A DNA stretch of 64,000 nucleotides, from the IMG/VR virus record IMGVR_UViG_3300005573_000079. One strand, 5' to 3'. Positions 36,665 to 46,740 of the stretch are shown here, in pieces; the stretch's first letter is position 1; every line of letters begins with the position of its first letter. Source of the DNA: an uncultured virus (IMG/VR IMGVR_UViG_3300005573_000079). Lineage: Duplodnaviria; Heunggongvirae; Uroviricota; Caudoviricetes; Crassvirales. The notes beneath the pieces are model-generated. The model was not told the DNA's origin and did not search any database. It saw only the letters and a program-made list of their open reading frames with translations. The translations under genes and the position numbers were made by a program.

Positions 36665-39451
36665 ATGGCAGGTGAGGATGTAAAAATACTTACTACTACA
36701 GGCAATAAAGCCATAAGAGTAGGCAAGGATGCTACACTGCTTCCTATGCCTCTTAGTATTTTGCATAGTGCAATCTCTAATGCAGTAGGGTCTTACATCC
36801 CTTTAGTACCAGATGCAGTTGCTGGTAATTTTCCTGTGTTAGTAGCTGATGGGTCACTCGCTAGTAGTTCTTACTCACCATCATCTTTTTCTCTGTCTGA
36901 GCATAATCATGATGATAGGTATTATACTAAAACACAATTACAAACCCCAGGACAAGCACAGGTACATTGGGGTAATCTAACCAACATAGGTATTCAATCT
37001 GATATCTTATATTGGGACCTGACTACTTTTAAGTATATACCGTACTCTTCCAAGCAATCCTCTTTAGTACATTTCTTCTATGGTACTACTAACCCTGATA
37101 ATACTACAAGACTAAATTTGGATGCGTACTTATATGCTACCAAATTATACTCTGGAGGTTCAGAAGCATTGGTTGGTTCGAGCATTCAGTCAGATATTTT
37201 GTATTGGGATTTAGCTAGTCTTAAGTACTTACCTTACTCTTCTAAACAATCTTCTTTAGTACATTTCTATACTGGCACTACTAATCCTGACAATTCAGCC
37301 CGTTTGAATTTGGATGCTTCTCTGTATAGTACTTCTCTTACTTCAATAGGGGACATTATCGGGGATAGTCTTACCAGTAGAACCATTACTTACTCTTCTG
37401 GATTATTAGGTTCAGGTTATAAGTTATGGAAGGATAGCAATAATTTGTATAACTTAGAATTGGACAAGCTTAGTGTGCGAGGCACAATGAATGTGTTTGA
37501 GTTAAGAGTGAACAAGTACAGAGCTACTAATGGAGCATTACTTATTACTGATACAGTTAAGGCTTATGAAGGGTTACTGTGGGATTCTGGAGTTTCTAAC
37601 TATTACTTTACTGTAGAAAACGCTGGAGAGATTACAGTAAATGCTAATGACCTTATCTGGGCTCAGGAATTTAACAGCAATGATGTAACGCAGTACAGAT
37701 ATAAAGTATACTCAACCAATACTTCAACAAACCGTATTTATGTAGTAAATCCTGATGGTTCTACTCCTACCCAGGTTAACATAGCAGGAAAAGACTTTGT
37801 AAGGTTTGGCAATACTACTGATAGTTCAAGAAGGTCATTCATTCTGCTTAATGCTTCAAGCTCAGATTTTGCCAAGCCTACTATAGAAGTATGGGACGGA
37901 GTTAACTCTTTTACCTTTAATCAATCCACTCAGCTTAAAGCAAGGATGGGTAATTTGCAGGGATTAGTCTTTAATGGGCAGACTATTTCAGGATATGGGT
38001 TTTGGAGCAGTTTGGCTTATCTGCAAGGGGCAGTTAATGCTACGTCAGGTAAGATAGGTAATTGGAATATTAGTGGAGGATATCTAAGTGCCTCAGATTC
38101 TAATGGTTCTATTTCAGTAGGACAGGAAATAAATCTGTATGATTCTTCTGGCATTCAGAGGATAAATATTTGGAAGGGCAATATTGGTGGGGTAAGTTAT
38201 TTTACAGGGGGTTCAAATCTATCCTGGACTGGGGTTAATGCTACTGATTATACTACAAATACTCATGCTCTTACCAGTTTTACTAACTTATCTAATCAAA
38301 CCTACTATATACAATCTCAATCAACCTCCAATGATACTGCTATAAAAACTTATACTTCTTTACAATCATCCTCTTACCATATAGATATTGCGTCTAATAA
38401 GATATACTCATTCTCTTATAAGCTGAGAATTTACATTTCTTATACTTTGGATGCTGATGACACTGATAACACCGATGGCCTAACTTACACTAATTACATT
38501 AATGGTTCATACCAAATAACTGCCACTGTTTATGCCTATAATAGTAGTAATACACTACTTGGTTCAAGTTCAGTAACCTCACCTCAGTTTGCTCCACAAA
38601 ATGGTAGTGGCTATCCTAACTATGTTGATGTAGCTGTTAATCTTAATTTGGGTACTATCACTACATCACAGGTGTACTTTAAGATTGTTTATTCCATTAC
38701 TAACAGCGTGAATGAGAGGAGAGAGAATACAGTTTGGAAGTATCTGGGAGGAAATGAATGGGTAGAAGATTATGAGTACACTTCTTATCATAACTTAACT
38801 ATCACTTATAATGTATGTGCTTATGAAGTTTACTTAAGAGGAGTATCAGGAGGATTTGTTCAAATAGGTAAGTCAGGATTTCAAAATATTAAGGACGATA
38901 CTCATTATTGGAGAACTGACCAAACTGATGCTTCCTACATGATGGATGTGTATGGGTTGGTAAGATTCAGGAGTGATAGTGAAAGTTTTCCTATGTACAT
39001 TATAAGAAACTATAATTCTGATAATCCAGTCTTGTTATTGCATCAATACGCCTTATCTTCTGGCACTTGCAAGGTTATTTCTTTCAAAGCGAGCAGTGCA
39101 GGTAATGATAAAGGATACATACAATGTAATATAGATACAGGAACTCTGTCCTTTGTGAGTTCTTCAGATGAGAGATTAAAGGAAGATATTACTGAAGCTA
39201 CACTGGATGCATTGAGCATCATTAAAGCAGCACCACTGAAGGAATTTACCTTCAAGGATACAAAGACAAGAAATTTAGGTTGGATTGCTCAAGATTTGCT
39301 TACTATATATCCAGCAGCTGTGGCTAATGTAGAAGGATATAAAGAGAAAGGTGAATATCTTGGCGTAGCTAAGGATTACCTTATAGAAGTGCTGTGGAGA
39401 GCAGTACAACAATTAATTGATAAAGTTGAACAATTAAACACTAAAATTTAA
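36665..39451 (+). CDS. tail fibre/spike with C-terminal S74 intramolecular chaperone
   Basis: H.HDDRYYT, LELDKL.VRG, G.IG.W.I; SDERLKEDI...GWIAQD. Confidence 0.85.
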   Translation: MAGEDVKILTTTGNKAIRVGKDATLLPMPLSILHSAISNAVGSYIPLVPDAVAGNFPVLVADGSLASSSYSPSSFSLSEHNHDDRYYTKTQLQTPGQAQVHWGNLTNIGIQSDILYWDLTTFKYIPYSSKQSSLVHFFYGTTNPDNTTRLNLDAYLYATKLYSGGSEALVGSSIQSDILYWDLASLKYLPYSSKQSSLVHFYTGTTNPDNSARLNLDASLYSTSLTSIGDIIGDSLTSRTITYSSGLLGSGYKLWKDSNNLYNLELDKLSVRGTMNVFELRVNKYRATNGALLITDTVKAYEGLLWDSGVSNYYFTVENAGEITVNANDLIWAQEFNSNDVTQYRYKVYSTNTSTNRIYVVNPDGSTPTQVNIAGKDFVRFGNTTDSSRRSFILLNASSSDFAKPTIEVWDGVNSFTFNQSTQLKARMGNLQGLVFNGQTISGYGFWSSLAYLQGAVNATSGKIGNWNISGGYLSASDSNGSISVGQEINLYDSSGIQRINIWKGNIGGVSYFTGGSNLSWTGVNATDYTTNTHALTSFTNLSNQTYYIQSQSTSNDTAIKTYTSLQSSSYHIDIASNKIYSFSYKLRIYISYTLDADDTDNTDGLTYTNYINGSYQITATVYAYNSSNTLLGSSSVTSPQFAPQNGSGYPNYVDVAVNLNLGTITTSQVYFKIVYSITNSVNERRENTVWKYLGGNEWVEDYEYTSYHNLTITYNVCAYEVYLRGVSGGFVQIGKSGFQNIKDDTHYWRTDQTDASYMMDVYGLVRFRSDSESFPMYIIRNYNSDNPVLLLHQYALSSGTCKVISFKASSAGNDKGYIQCNIDTGTLSFVSSSDERLKEDITEATLDALSIIKAAPLKEFTFKDTKTRNLGWIAQDLLTIYPAAVANVEGYKEKGEYLGVAKDYLIEVLWRAVQQLIDKVEQLNTKI

Positions 39452-39456
39452 GAACT

Positions 39457-39777
39457 ATGGATACAATAAACATTAGGAGAGGTAATAAGGTTGTAATACC
39501 TATAACTTTTAAAGATGCTGATGGTAATGCTATAGACATTACTGGAGGAACTGTAACTTTTACTGTTAAAGCACCGGGTGCTAGCACTAATGCAATACAG
39601 AAAGTTGTGACTACATTCTCTGACCCAACGCACGGTAAGTGTGATGTAACTCTTGAGACTACAGATACAGGTCAACTATGGGAAGGAAGGTATTTCTATG
39701 ATGTTAAGCTTGTAACTTCATCAATCAATGAGAATACTGATATTGGTATACTTAATGTTACTGTGCCACTGAGCTAA
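39457..39777 (+). CDS. BppU-like/Ig-fold virion protein
   Basis: I.RG....I..KD.DG..IDITG....FTVK...YFYDV. Confidence 0.65.
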   Translation: MDTINIRRGNKVVIPITFKDADGNAIDITGGTVTFTVKAPGASTNAIQKVVTTFSDPTHGKCDVTLETTDTGQLWEGRYFYDVKLVTSSINENTDIGILNVTVPLS

Positions 39778-39788
39778 ATCTTACAACT

Positions 39789-41048
39789 ATGAGTATCAAT
39801 GTTTTAATAAAAAACAATGCTATGGATGCAATTATAGGACAAACAGGAGTAACTGCCTCTATTGGAGTGCAGCAGATAGGTATGAGTGCAGACAAATGGT
39901 GGCATCATCCCGAGTGGCTTGATGTATCAAATGTGGCAGATAATGAAATAAACTTACTTGTTGGGGATTTTGGGGTGGCAGCAGTTGCATTTCAGGTAAA
40001 TGTTGCCAGCTCAGGCACATACTATGTAGATTGGGGGGATGGGACTCAAACTTCTCATTCTTCAACTTCAACTGCTCAGCATCAGTATGTAGTAGGTTCG
40101 GGTAAGCCTTGTTCTTTGGGTTATTCAACCTATAAGATAAGAATTTGGGCGAGTAATACAATAACTTATTTTAAGGTTCAAGCACCAACTAACTATATGC
40201 CTTATTCGTCAAATGCTGTACTTCCCATCTTAGAGGCTTATTTTGGCACAACCGGGCTTACAAGTCTTGGTTCATCTTTTATTCAAACAGCATCTCTTAT
40301 TGCACTTATTTTACCAGATAGTCTTCTTTCTTGTATTAATTATGATTCAATGTGTTACTATACAAATAATTTGAGATATGTTAAAATGCCAGTTAGTAAT
40401 TATTCTGGCGCAGGCTTTACGATGGGATTTACCAATTGTTTTAATTTAGAAAAAATTACAATATACAATGCAAATATAAGTGATAGTGCATTTTCAAGCA
40501 ATATTAATTTAAGAGAAGCAACTTTTATTAATTGTACATTTGGTAGTAATGCGCAATATATGTTTAGTACTGCGTATAAGCTCAAAGAAGTAACATTACC
40601 GTATGGGCAGAATGTAACTAATGCATCAAATATGTTTTTAAATTCTGGAGTTCAACAAATAAACAACATAGAAAATTTAGGTAGTAGAACAACTGATGTT
40701 AATTTTACTAATTTTTCAATTGCAAGTGCAGCAGGCTATCCAGTACCACAAAATAAAATTTATAATATCTACGCCAGAATTTCAAAAATAGATATTAAAG
40801 GATATAATGCCAGTAATCTAAATGGTGCAGAAGTAGTAAGGCTCTACAATGCTGCAAGTTCAGGATTTGGTGGGGCATCACCTCAAATAGATGTGAGTTA
40901 TACTAAGATGAGTGCCAGTGCACTAAATGACCTGTTTGGTGACCTTCCTATAATGAGTGGGAAGACTATTAAGATAACTGGAGCTCTGGGGGCTGGTTCT
41001 TGCGATACAAGCATTGCTACTTCTAAGGGATGGACAGTGGTTAACTAA
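39789..41048 (+). CDS. putative receptor-binding/surface protein with VDWGDG motif and BspA/DUF285-like leucine-rich repeats
   Basis: YYVDWGDG; repeats F..C.NL..I, MF......L..V; IATSKGWTV end. Confidence 0.65.
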   Translation: MSINVLIKNNAMDAIIGQTGVTASIGVQQIGMSADKWWHHPEWLDVSNVADNEINLLVGDFGVAAVAFQVNVASSGTYYVDWGDGTQTSHSSTSTAQHQYVVGSGKPCSLGYSTYKIRIWASNTITYFKVQAPTNYMPYSSNAVLPILEAYFGTTGLTSLGSSFIQTASLIALILPDSLLSCINYDSMCYYTNNLRYVKMPVSNYSGAGFTMGFTNCFNLEKITIYNANISDSAFSSNINLREATFINCTFGSNAQYMFSTAYKLKEVTLPYGQNVTNASNMFLNSGVQQINNIENLGSRTTDVNFTNFSIASAAGYPVPQNKIYNIYARISKIDIKGYNASNLNGAEVVRLYNAASSGFGGASPQIDVSYTKMSASALNDLFGDLPIMSGKTIKITGALGAGSCDTSIATSKGWTVVN

Positions 41049-41060
41049 AAAATTACAATT

Positions 41061-41615
41061 ATGAAAGCAAAGATTATAAGGAATCAAGATGGCCAGTATT
41101 ATGATGTATTTACTGGAAGAAAAGCTGTATTGCTCACTGCTGAACATGCCGTATATGGAGACTTAGAAGGATGGTTAGATTTTAGTAATGAACAAGAGGC
41201 ATGTAAATTTTTTGGACTTATTAAAGCAGATAATGAATTGGTCAATCTATTAACTTCAGAAAAAAGTACAGATATTCCACAGAATCCATTCATCACATAT
41301 GTTCTACAAAGTGAATGCCCAATAGATAGTATGGTAAGAACTGCTTATTGGTGTGGCGACATAAGTGCTTCTAACAATTATTTTAGAATTGACTTTCTTG
41401 TTAAGCATGAAGGGCATCCAGAATTAGATAAGTGGATATATACGTATATTGATAAGCTTACAACCATAACCAATCCTACTACTGGTGAGCCAGTGAATGA
41501 GTATGACTTCTTTTATGCTATGGTCCAGCAAGGAACACCCTTTTTGGATATTATTACTTATGGTTTGCAAAAAGCTGATTTGGATGGAACAATTAATAAA
41601 CGACTTTATTCTTAA
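41061..41615 (+). CDS. hypothetical protein (possible fibre accessory)
   Basis: ORF in structural cluster. Confidence 0.6.
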   Translation: MKAKIIRNQDGQYYDVFTGRKAVLLTAEHAVYGDLEGWLDFSNEQEACKFFGLIKADNELVNLLTSEKSTDIPQNPFITYVLQSECPIDSMVRTAYWCGDISASNNYFRIDFLVKHEGHPELDKWIYTYIDKLTTITNPTTGEPVNEYDFFYAMVQQGTPFLDIITYGLQKADLDGTINKRLYS

Positions 41616-41674
41616 TACATGAAAAGTTTGTATATTTGGTGCATATTATATGTCTAATTAATAATCATACACTT

Positions 41675-41995
41675 ATGACAGTAAATTTAAATCTAAAAGA
41701 CAGGCTTACTATGATAGAACTCCTTCCTAAACAAGGAGATATCATTACCATGATGCTTGTAAAGAACCTATTAAGTAGGTTAGACTTTAGCTCAGAAGAA
41801 ATCAAAGAGTTTGAGCTAAGGGTTGAGGAAGATTCTATTCGGTGGAATCCTGAGAAAGGAGATGCTGAAAAAGCAGTAGAGATTAGTGATGCAGAGCTTA
41901 AGGTTGTAATGGATGGAATTGATGCTCTTGATAAAGAGAAGAAGATACCTATCAGCATGATAGACTTAATTTCAAAGCTCAAAGCACTTAAGTAA
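41675..41995 (+). CDS. hypothetical protein
   Basis: ATG at 41675 after TATATTTG promoter motif (41631). Confidence 0.65.
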   Translation: MTVNLNLKDRLTMIELLPKQGDIITMMLVKNLLSRLDFSSEEIKEFELRVEEDSIRWNPEKGDAEKAVEISDAELKVVMDGIDALDKEKKIPISMIDLISKLKALK

Positions 41996-42050
41996 CATTT
42001 GGTTTATTTAATATATTGTAGTAAATTTGTCACAAAATAAACATATAGTT

Positions 42051-43289
42051 ATGGCAGATACCAAAGACAAAAATGCCGATACTTTAGGTATTGACTTCTC
42101 AGCCCTCATGGCTGATGATAGTGTAACAGTTGATAGTAGTAAGACTGTTGATGATGACCATACCCAGGCAGCTAAAGCAGCTAAGGATGCCAGCAAAGAT
42201 GCTCCTGAAGATATTGATGTAAACAAGGTTCTTGCTGACATGCTTGGTGATAAAGGAGATGAACCTGTCAAACCTGAGGATAAAAAACCCGCTACACCTA
42301 AAGTAGATGATACTTTAGATGATAAAGCAGATAAATCTAAAGATACTAAGAAAACAGATACAGGCGATGAGCCCTTTGCTCTTACCTTTGCTAAGTATCA
42401 ATATGAACAGGGAGTTATCTCTGAGATTGATGAAGAAACTATTAAAAAGATTGCTGAAGAAGAAGGTGAGGCTGCTGCTGTATCTTATGTTATAGCACAC
42501 GAGCTTGATATTAACAGAGCTCAGCTTCTTGAACATTACAACGAGCAATTTAATAAATTTGTTGAGCTTACAGAAGGAGGAGTTCCTCACGAAGAAGCTG
42601 CTGATATTGTTAAGCTTACTTCTCAGATAACCAGTATAACTCCTGAGGACCTTAAAGGTGATGATAAGGAGGACTTGCGAAGGAACATCCTTACTGCCTA
42701 CTATAAAAATACTATGGTAGGAGCTTCTGATGCTAAAATTAAGAAGATTGTTGACAATCATATTGCTTTGTCTGAAGATGTTGAGGAAGCTACTAATGCT
42801 CTTGAAGAACTTAAGGCTATTGCCAAGAAAAAAGAAGAAGAGGCTATTGTTGCTGCAAAGCAAAGAGAAGAAGCTTATAAACAGTCTATACAGCAATATG
42901 TTGAGTCTGTTAAGAAAACTGTCAGTGAAATAGATGAGATTATTCCAGGACAGAGAATTAATAAGCAGACCAGGCAAAAGATGGAAGAGCTTATTCTTAA
43001 ACCTCATACTACAGATGCTCAAGGTAGAGCCTTGAATGGCATATGGGCTAAGCGCGCTGAGAACCCTCAGAAGTTTGATGCTATTCTTGCCTATATGGTT
43101 GCTACAGGAGCATTCGATGGTAAATGGAACAAAGTAGCTGATGTAAAGAAATCAAAGGTGGTAGATGAACTTGAAGAACACCTTAAAAGAAAATCATATA
43201 CTTCATCCCTTGGTAGCAGCGCTACAAAGAGGGGTGAGGATATTGACGGAAGAGACTATCTTGAAAGTATGAAGAAAGTCTTTTCATAA
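42051..43289 (+). CDS. acidic scaffold-like protein upstream of major capsid
   Basis: D/E/K-rich coiled coil; conserved position before MCP in crAss-like phages. Confidence 0.7.
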   Translation: MADTKDKNADTLGIDFSALMADDSVTVDSSKTVDDDHTQAAKAAKDASKDAPEDIDVNKVLADMLGDKGDEPVKPEDKKPATPKVDDTLDDKADKSKDTKKTDTGDEPFALTFAKYQYEQGVISEIDEETIKKIAEEEGEAAAVSYVIAHELDINRAQLLEHYNEQFNKFVELTEGGVPHEEAADIVKLTSQITSITPEDLKGDDKEDLRRNILTAYYKNTMVGASDAKIKKIVDNHIALSEDVEEATNALEELKAIAKKKEEEAIVAAKQREEAYKQSIQQYVESVKKTVSEIDEIIPGQRINKQTRQKMEELILKPHTTDAQGRALNGIWAKRAENPQKFDAILAYMVATGAFDGKWNKVADVKKSKVVDELEEHLKRKSYTSSLGSSATKRGEDIDGRDYLESMKKVFS

Positions 43290-43324
43290 CTCTATTGGTT
43301 TAACCTTTTTAATACGTAACTAAA

Positions 43325-44815
43325 ATGAATGTTAGTAAATTACAAATTGTAGAACCCAAATATTGGAGTGGGCTTACTAGGGAAGCTCACCTTGGCTGGT
43401 TGGGTATGCGTGAACCTCAGTTCATTAACAATGTGATTGAACGCTTGTATGAAGTTAACTATGGTGCTGATAACTTTGTCAGCCTGATAGAAAAACTTCC
43501 TGTGTTCTACATCAATGAAGATGCTCCTTTCAGGTGGAGGATTCAAGGCACTGAAGAAAGAAATATTCCCCTTGTCAAAGCTGCTCTTACCCCCACTGGT
43601 AACCAGGTTGCTTCAACTGACCGTGCTGGATTGAATCGCTCAAGATTCTATATGTGGTTTGGAGAAAAGTATTTTGATGTAACCTCAGTAATTGTTGGCG
43701 AGCGTCCTGATGCTTTCTCTCTACGTGTTGTTGAAGAACCTGTGCTTGATGGCAGCCTGTATAGGTATACTGTTGAGCTCGTGACAGGTGATGACAACTT
43801 GTTTGTTCCCTATTCTGACCTTGCTGTTGGAACCAGATGGAGCGAAGAATATGGCCTTGTTGAACAGGAACTCTCTCTTCGTGGTAACTCAGTGCACCAT
43901 GCAGCTCCTTATATCCTGGAAAATACTGTGTCTGCTATCCGCAAGAACTATGATGTTCCGGGCAATATGATTACTGCTGGTAAGAATGCACCACTTGCAT
44001 TTGCCTTTGTTGATGACACTGGTAAAGTACAGACTCGCTGGATTGATAAGCTTGGTTGGGACTTTATGGTGCAGTTCAGACGTGATAAAGCTCGCCTGCT
44101 CCTGTATGGAAAATCTAACAAGCTTATGGACAATAGTGGCTATGGTAATAAGGGAGAAACAGGAAATACCATTCGTGCTGGCTTTGGGCTGTATGAACAG
44201 ATGGATGGCTCTAATGTTCTCTATTACAACGACTTTAGCCTTGATGGTCTGACTGACTTCGCAATGGATATTACCACTGGTAAGTTCCGTGAAGATAGTC
44301 GTAGATTTGTCCTTTCAACTGGTGAACGTGGTGCTTACCTGTTCCACAAGAAAGCTGCTGATAAAGCATCTGGTCTTACCTGGTTGAAGAGTGACCATAA
44401 CATTATTGTAGCTAATGGACGTGTAACCCTGGATGAAGGGCAGTTCCTTGAATATGTGTCTGTCAATGGCATCAGGTTTGAAGTTATGATTGACCCAACC
44501 AAGGATGACCCTGTACGTAACAAGACTATGCATCCTCTTGGAGGTCTTGCCTCTTCCTATATCTTTGATATCTTTGACTTTGGAACTACCGATGGTAAAC
44601 CCAATGCTCAGAGAGTGCTTGTCAAAGATAATGAAGAGTTCTTTGGTTATATTCCTGGCTTGAGAGACCCCTTCTCACCATATAATAATCTGACTGAGCC
44701 CAGGATGATGGCCTCACCTAAAGACGGGTATTCAGTGTATAAGATGTTCATTGGTGGGATTATGCTTCGTAATCCTCTGAAGACAGGACGTATGATTCCT
44801 GCTATTCTCAGGTAA
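43325..44815 (+). CDS. major capsid protein (crAss type)
   Basis: 496 aa; WSGLT...HL, GLYEQ, TGERG, Y.PG.R.PF; expression-biased codons. Confidence 0.9.
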   Translation: MNVSKLQIVEPKYWSGLTREAHLGWLGMREPQFINNVIERLYEVNYGADNFVSLIEKLPVFYINEDAPFRWRIQGTEERNIPLVKAALTPTGNQVASTDRAGLNRSRFYMWFGEKYFDVTSVIVGERPDAFSLRVVEEPVLDGSLYRYTVELVTGDDNLFVPYSDLAVGTRWSEEYGLVEQELSLRGNSVHHAAPYILENTVSAIRKNYDVPGNMITAGKNAPLAFAFVDDTGKVQTRWIDKLGWDFMVQFRRDKARLLLYGKSNKLMDNSGYGNKGETGNTIRAGFGLYEQMDGSNVLYYNDFSLDGLTDFAMDITTGKFREDSRRFVLSTGERGAYLFHKKAADKASGLTWLKSDHNIIVANGRVTLDEGQFLEYVSVNGIRFEVMIDPTKDDPVRNKTMHPLGGLASSYIFDIFDFGTTDGKPNAQRVLVKDNEEFFGYIPGLRDPFSPYNNLTEPRMMASPKDGYSVYKMFIGGIMLRNPLKTGRMIPAILR

Positions 44816-44821
44816 TTTTTA

Positions 44822-44868
44822 TTGGGGATGTCTATGAGACTTAAGGTAGGTCGCACCTACCTCCCCAA
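44822..44868 (+). terminator. branched stem-loop after MCP (terminator or stabiliser)
   Basis: TTGGGGA...TCCCCAA enclosing AGGTAGGT-CGC-ACCTACCT. Confidence 0.5.
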
Positions 44869-44903
44869 ACTAAGCTGATATGTGTAACACTAAAAATACA
44901 TTT

Positions 44904-45833
44904 ATGACAAAAGAAGAAGCTATCAAGAAAGGGTATCTTGAAGATAAGATTGTATATCTTAAGCCCTTACCTCGGCCTGGCAAGATGGTACGTGACAAAA
45001 ACCATGTGGGATATTTCATGTGGGATGGTGCAGTGAAGCACTTTTGTCTACCTATAGATGTCAATACGGGTGTTTTGAAAAATCCCTTTTCCTCAGATGA
45101 AGAAAGAAAATTCTTTGAGGAAGCTATGAATGCTGACTTGAATGTCTTCAGTTCAAACAGCAAGTTCTGGAAGGACTTTAAAGTTAGTATTGTCAAAGAC
45201 GCAGGTTTCATGGAGAATGGTGTAAAGTTTGATTTGAGTGTTCCTATTGATAACTTGAAATATAAAGTACTCAAGTTATGGGCAGGAGAAGAAGTTGCTC
45301 TAAGTGAAGAAGATGCTGAGGCTAATCCTTTTGTCAGGTTTATTCTTGTAGAAGAAGGTTATAAGAGTAAAAAGCAGGTTTCTGAAGCTGATGCTCTTGT
45401 AGAGATATATACCTTCTATGGTTCTATTAAGGACAGTCAGAGGAAATGTGCTGACTTCCTGAGTGCTTACTTGCTCAATAAACATAGTGCACGTATGGTA
45501 CCTGAAGATGCCACTTTGGAATGGCTCAATGCTCAAATTAAAGATGCTATTGATAACGATAGGGCAGGTGTTCTTGATACTATCCGTGACACTAATTATG
45601 ATATGAAGCTCTTTATTGCCAGAGCTGTAAGGATTGGCGCTATTCAGAAGTATGGTGTTAACTCATACTCTATTCCAGGTATGGGTGTTAAGTATACTCT
45701 TGCTGAGTTTGTTCCTTACATGAAACAGCTGGAAGATACGACAGATGACATATATCTGAAGATTAAAGCACAGGTAGATATGGCTTCAGGCAATAAGAAG
45801 GTACATACTACAACTACTAAAAAGAATGAATAA
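44904..45833 (+). CDS. conserved crAss-like protein downstream of MCP
   Basis: synteny; FW....V.......DLS.P.D.L.YKVL. Confidence 0.65.
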   Translation: MTKEEAIKKGYLEDKIVYLKPLPRPGKMVRDKNHVGYFMWDGAVKHFCLPIDVNTGVLKNPFSSDEERKFFEEAMNADLNVFSSNSKFWKDFKVSIVKDAGFMENGVKFDLSVPIDNLKYKVLKLWAGEEVALSEEDAEANPFVRFILVEEGYKSKKQVSEADALVEIYTFYGSIKDSQRKCADFLSAYLLNKHSARMVPEDATLEWLNAQIKDAIDNDRAGVLDTIRDTNYDMKLFIARAVRIGAIQKYGVNSYSIPGMGVKYTLAEFVPYMKQLEDTTDDIYLKIKAQVDMASGNKKVHTTTTKKNE

Positions 45834-46654
45834 TGGCAGGAATGACTGCATCCCAGATGATGTATGAAGCTAAGGTTATCTATGAAGCCTTAGCTTCAGC
45901 TGATGCCCGTGGATATACCAACAGAGAGTGGTCTACTTTGCTAACCCAGGCACAGGAAGATGTGGTACTTGAGATATGCACAGAAGGCATAGATAGAGAT
46001 GAAGATAACAGAAGGAGTATAGCTAACTTACTGCATAGCCTGAAAATATCTAATGCAGGATATTCTACTGATGGAACTACTACGACATCAGCAGTTACAC
46101 GTATAGCTACTTTTGGTGAATATCCTAATGCTTATCAGGTATCTATCATTGCGGCGTTAAATACTCCTCTAATAACAAATCATCTTGTCACACTCAATGA
46201 AAGAGCAGACGCTACATCATCTGATACTACTTATGTTAACATACAGGTAGAACCTATTCAGTATGATTTCTACATGGCTAATAAGGATAATCCATTCAGA
46301 AAGCCAAGTAAAGAGTTATTCTGGAGATTAGAATATCCTGGCGGAGAGAATTTGACTATACCAGGATATCCAATGAAAAGGATTATAATCACCAATGGAT
46401 TTACTCTATCTGCTTATTATATGGATTATCTGAGCAAGCCTGACCCAATCATTGTAGCTTCTTCTGACTATACATCATCTATGTATATAGACGGTAAGCA
46501 ATTATCTTTATATACAACTACATCACTAGATTGTAAGCTAGACCCTATAGTACATAGAAGGATTGTTAAGAAAGCTGCTAAGTTAGCTTATGCTTATATG
46601 CAAGAGCAACTTGGTTATCAGATACAAAATATTGAAGAACAAGATACTCAGTAG
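45833..46654 (+). CDS. virion ring/neck protein
   Basis: E.S..LT.AQE, NPFRKP, Y..KP.PII, C.L...VH..IV..A; synteny. Confidence 0.65.
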   Translation: MAGMTASQMMYEAKVIYEALASADARGYTNREWSTLLTQAQEDVVLEICTEGIDRDEDNRRSIANLLHSLKISNAGYSTDGTTTTSAVTRIATFGEYPNAYQVSIIAALNTPLITNHLVTLNERADATSSDTTYVNIQVEPIQYDFYMANKDNPFRKPSKELFWRLEYPGGENLTIPGYPMKRIIITNGFTLSAYYMDYLSKPDPIIVASSDYTSSMYIDGKQLSLYTTTSLDCKLDPIVHRRIVKKAAKLAYAYMQEQLGYQIQNIEEQDTQ

Positions 46655-46691
46655 TAAAGCAAAAGTGCATTGTTTTACTACTTAACTTTAG

Positions 46692-46699
46692 TATATTTG
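46692..46699 (+). promoter_or_regulatory. TAnnTTTG promoter element
   Basis: TATATTTG 42 nt upstream of 46741. Confidence 0.5.
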
Positions 46700-46740
46700 C
46701 ACTATAATTAAACCTATGTTTAACTCAAATAATTACAACA

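Noticed and set aside
42315..43022. 235-aa antisense ORF and other opposite-strand ORFs in the track (e.g. 20970-21479, 30918-31490, 11304-11744 alternate frame)
   Set aside because: Shadows of well-supported genes, with no motifs
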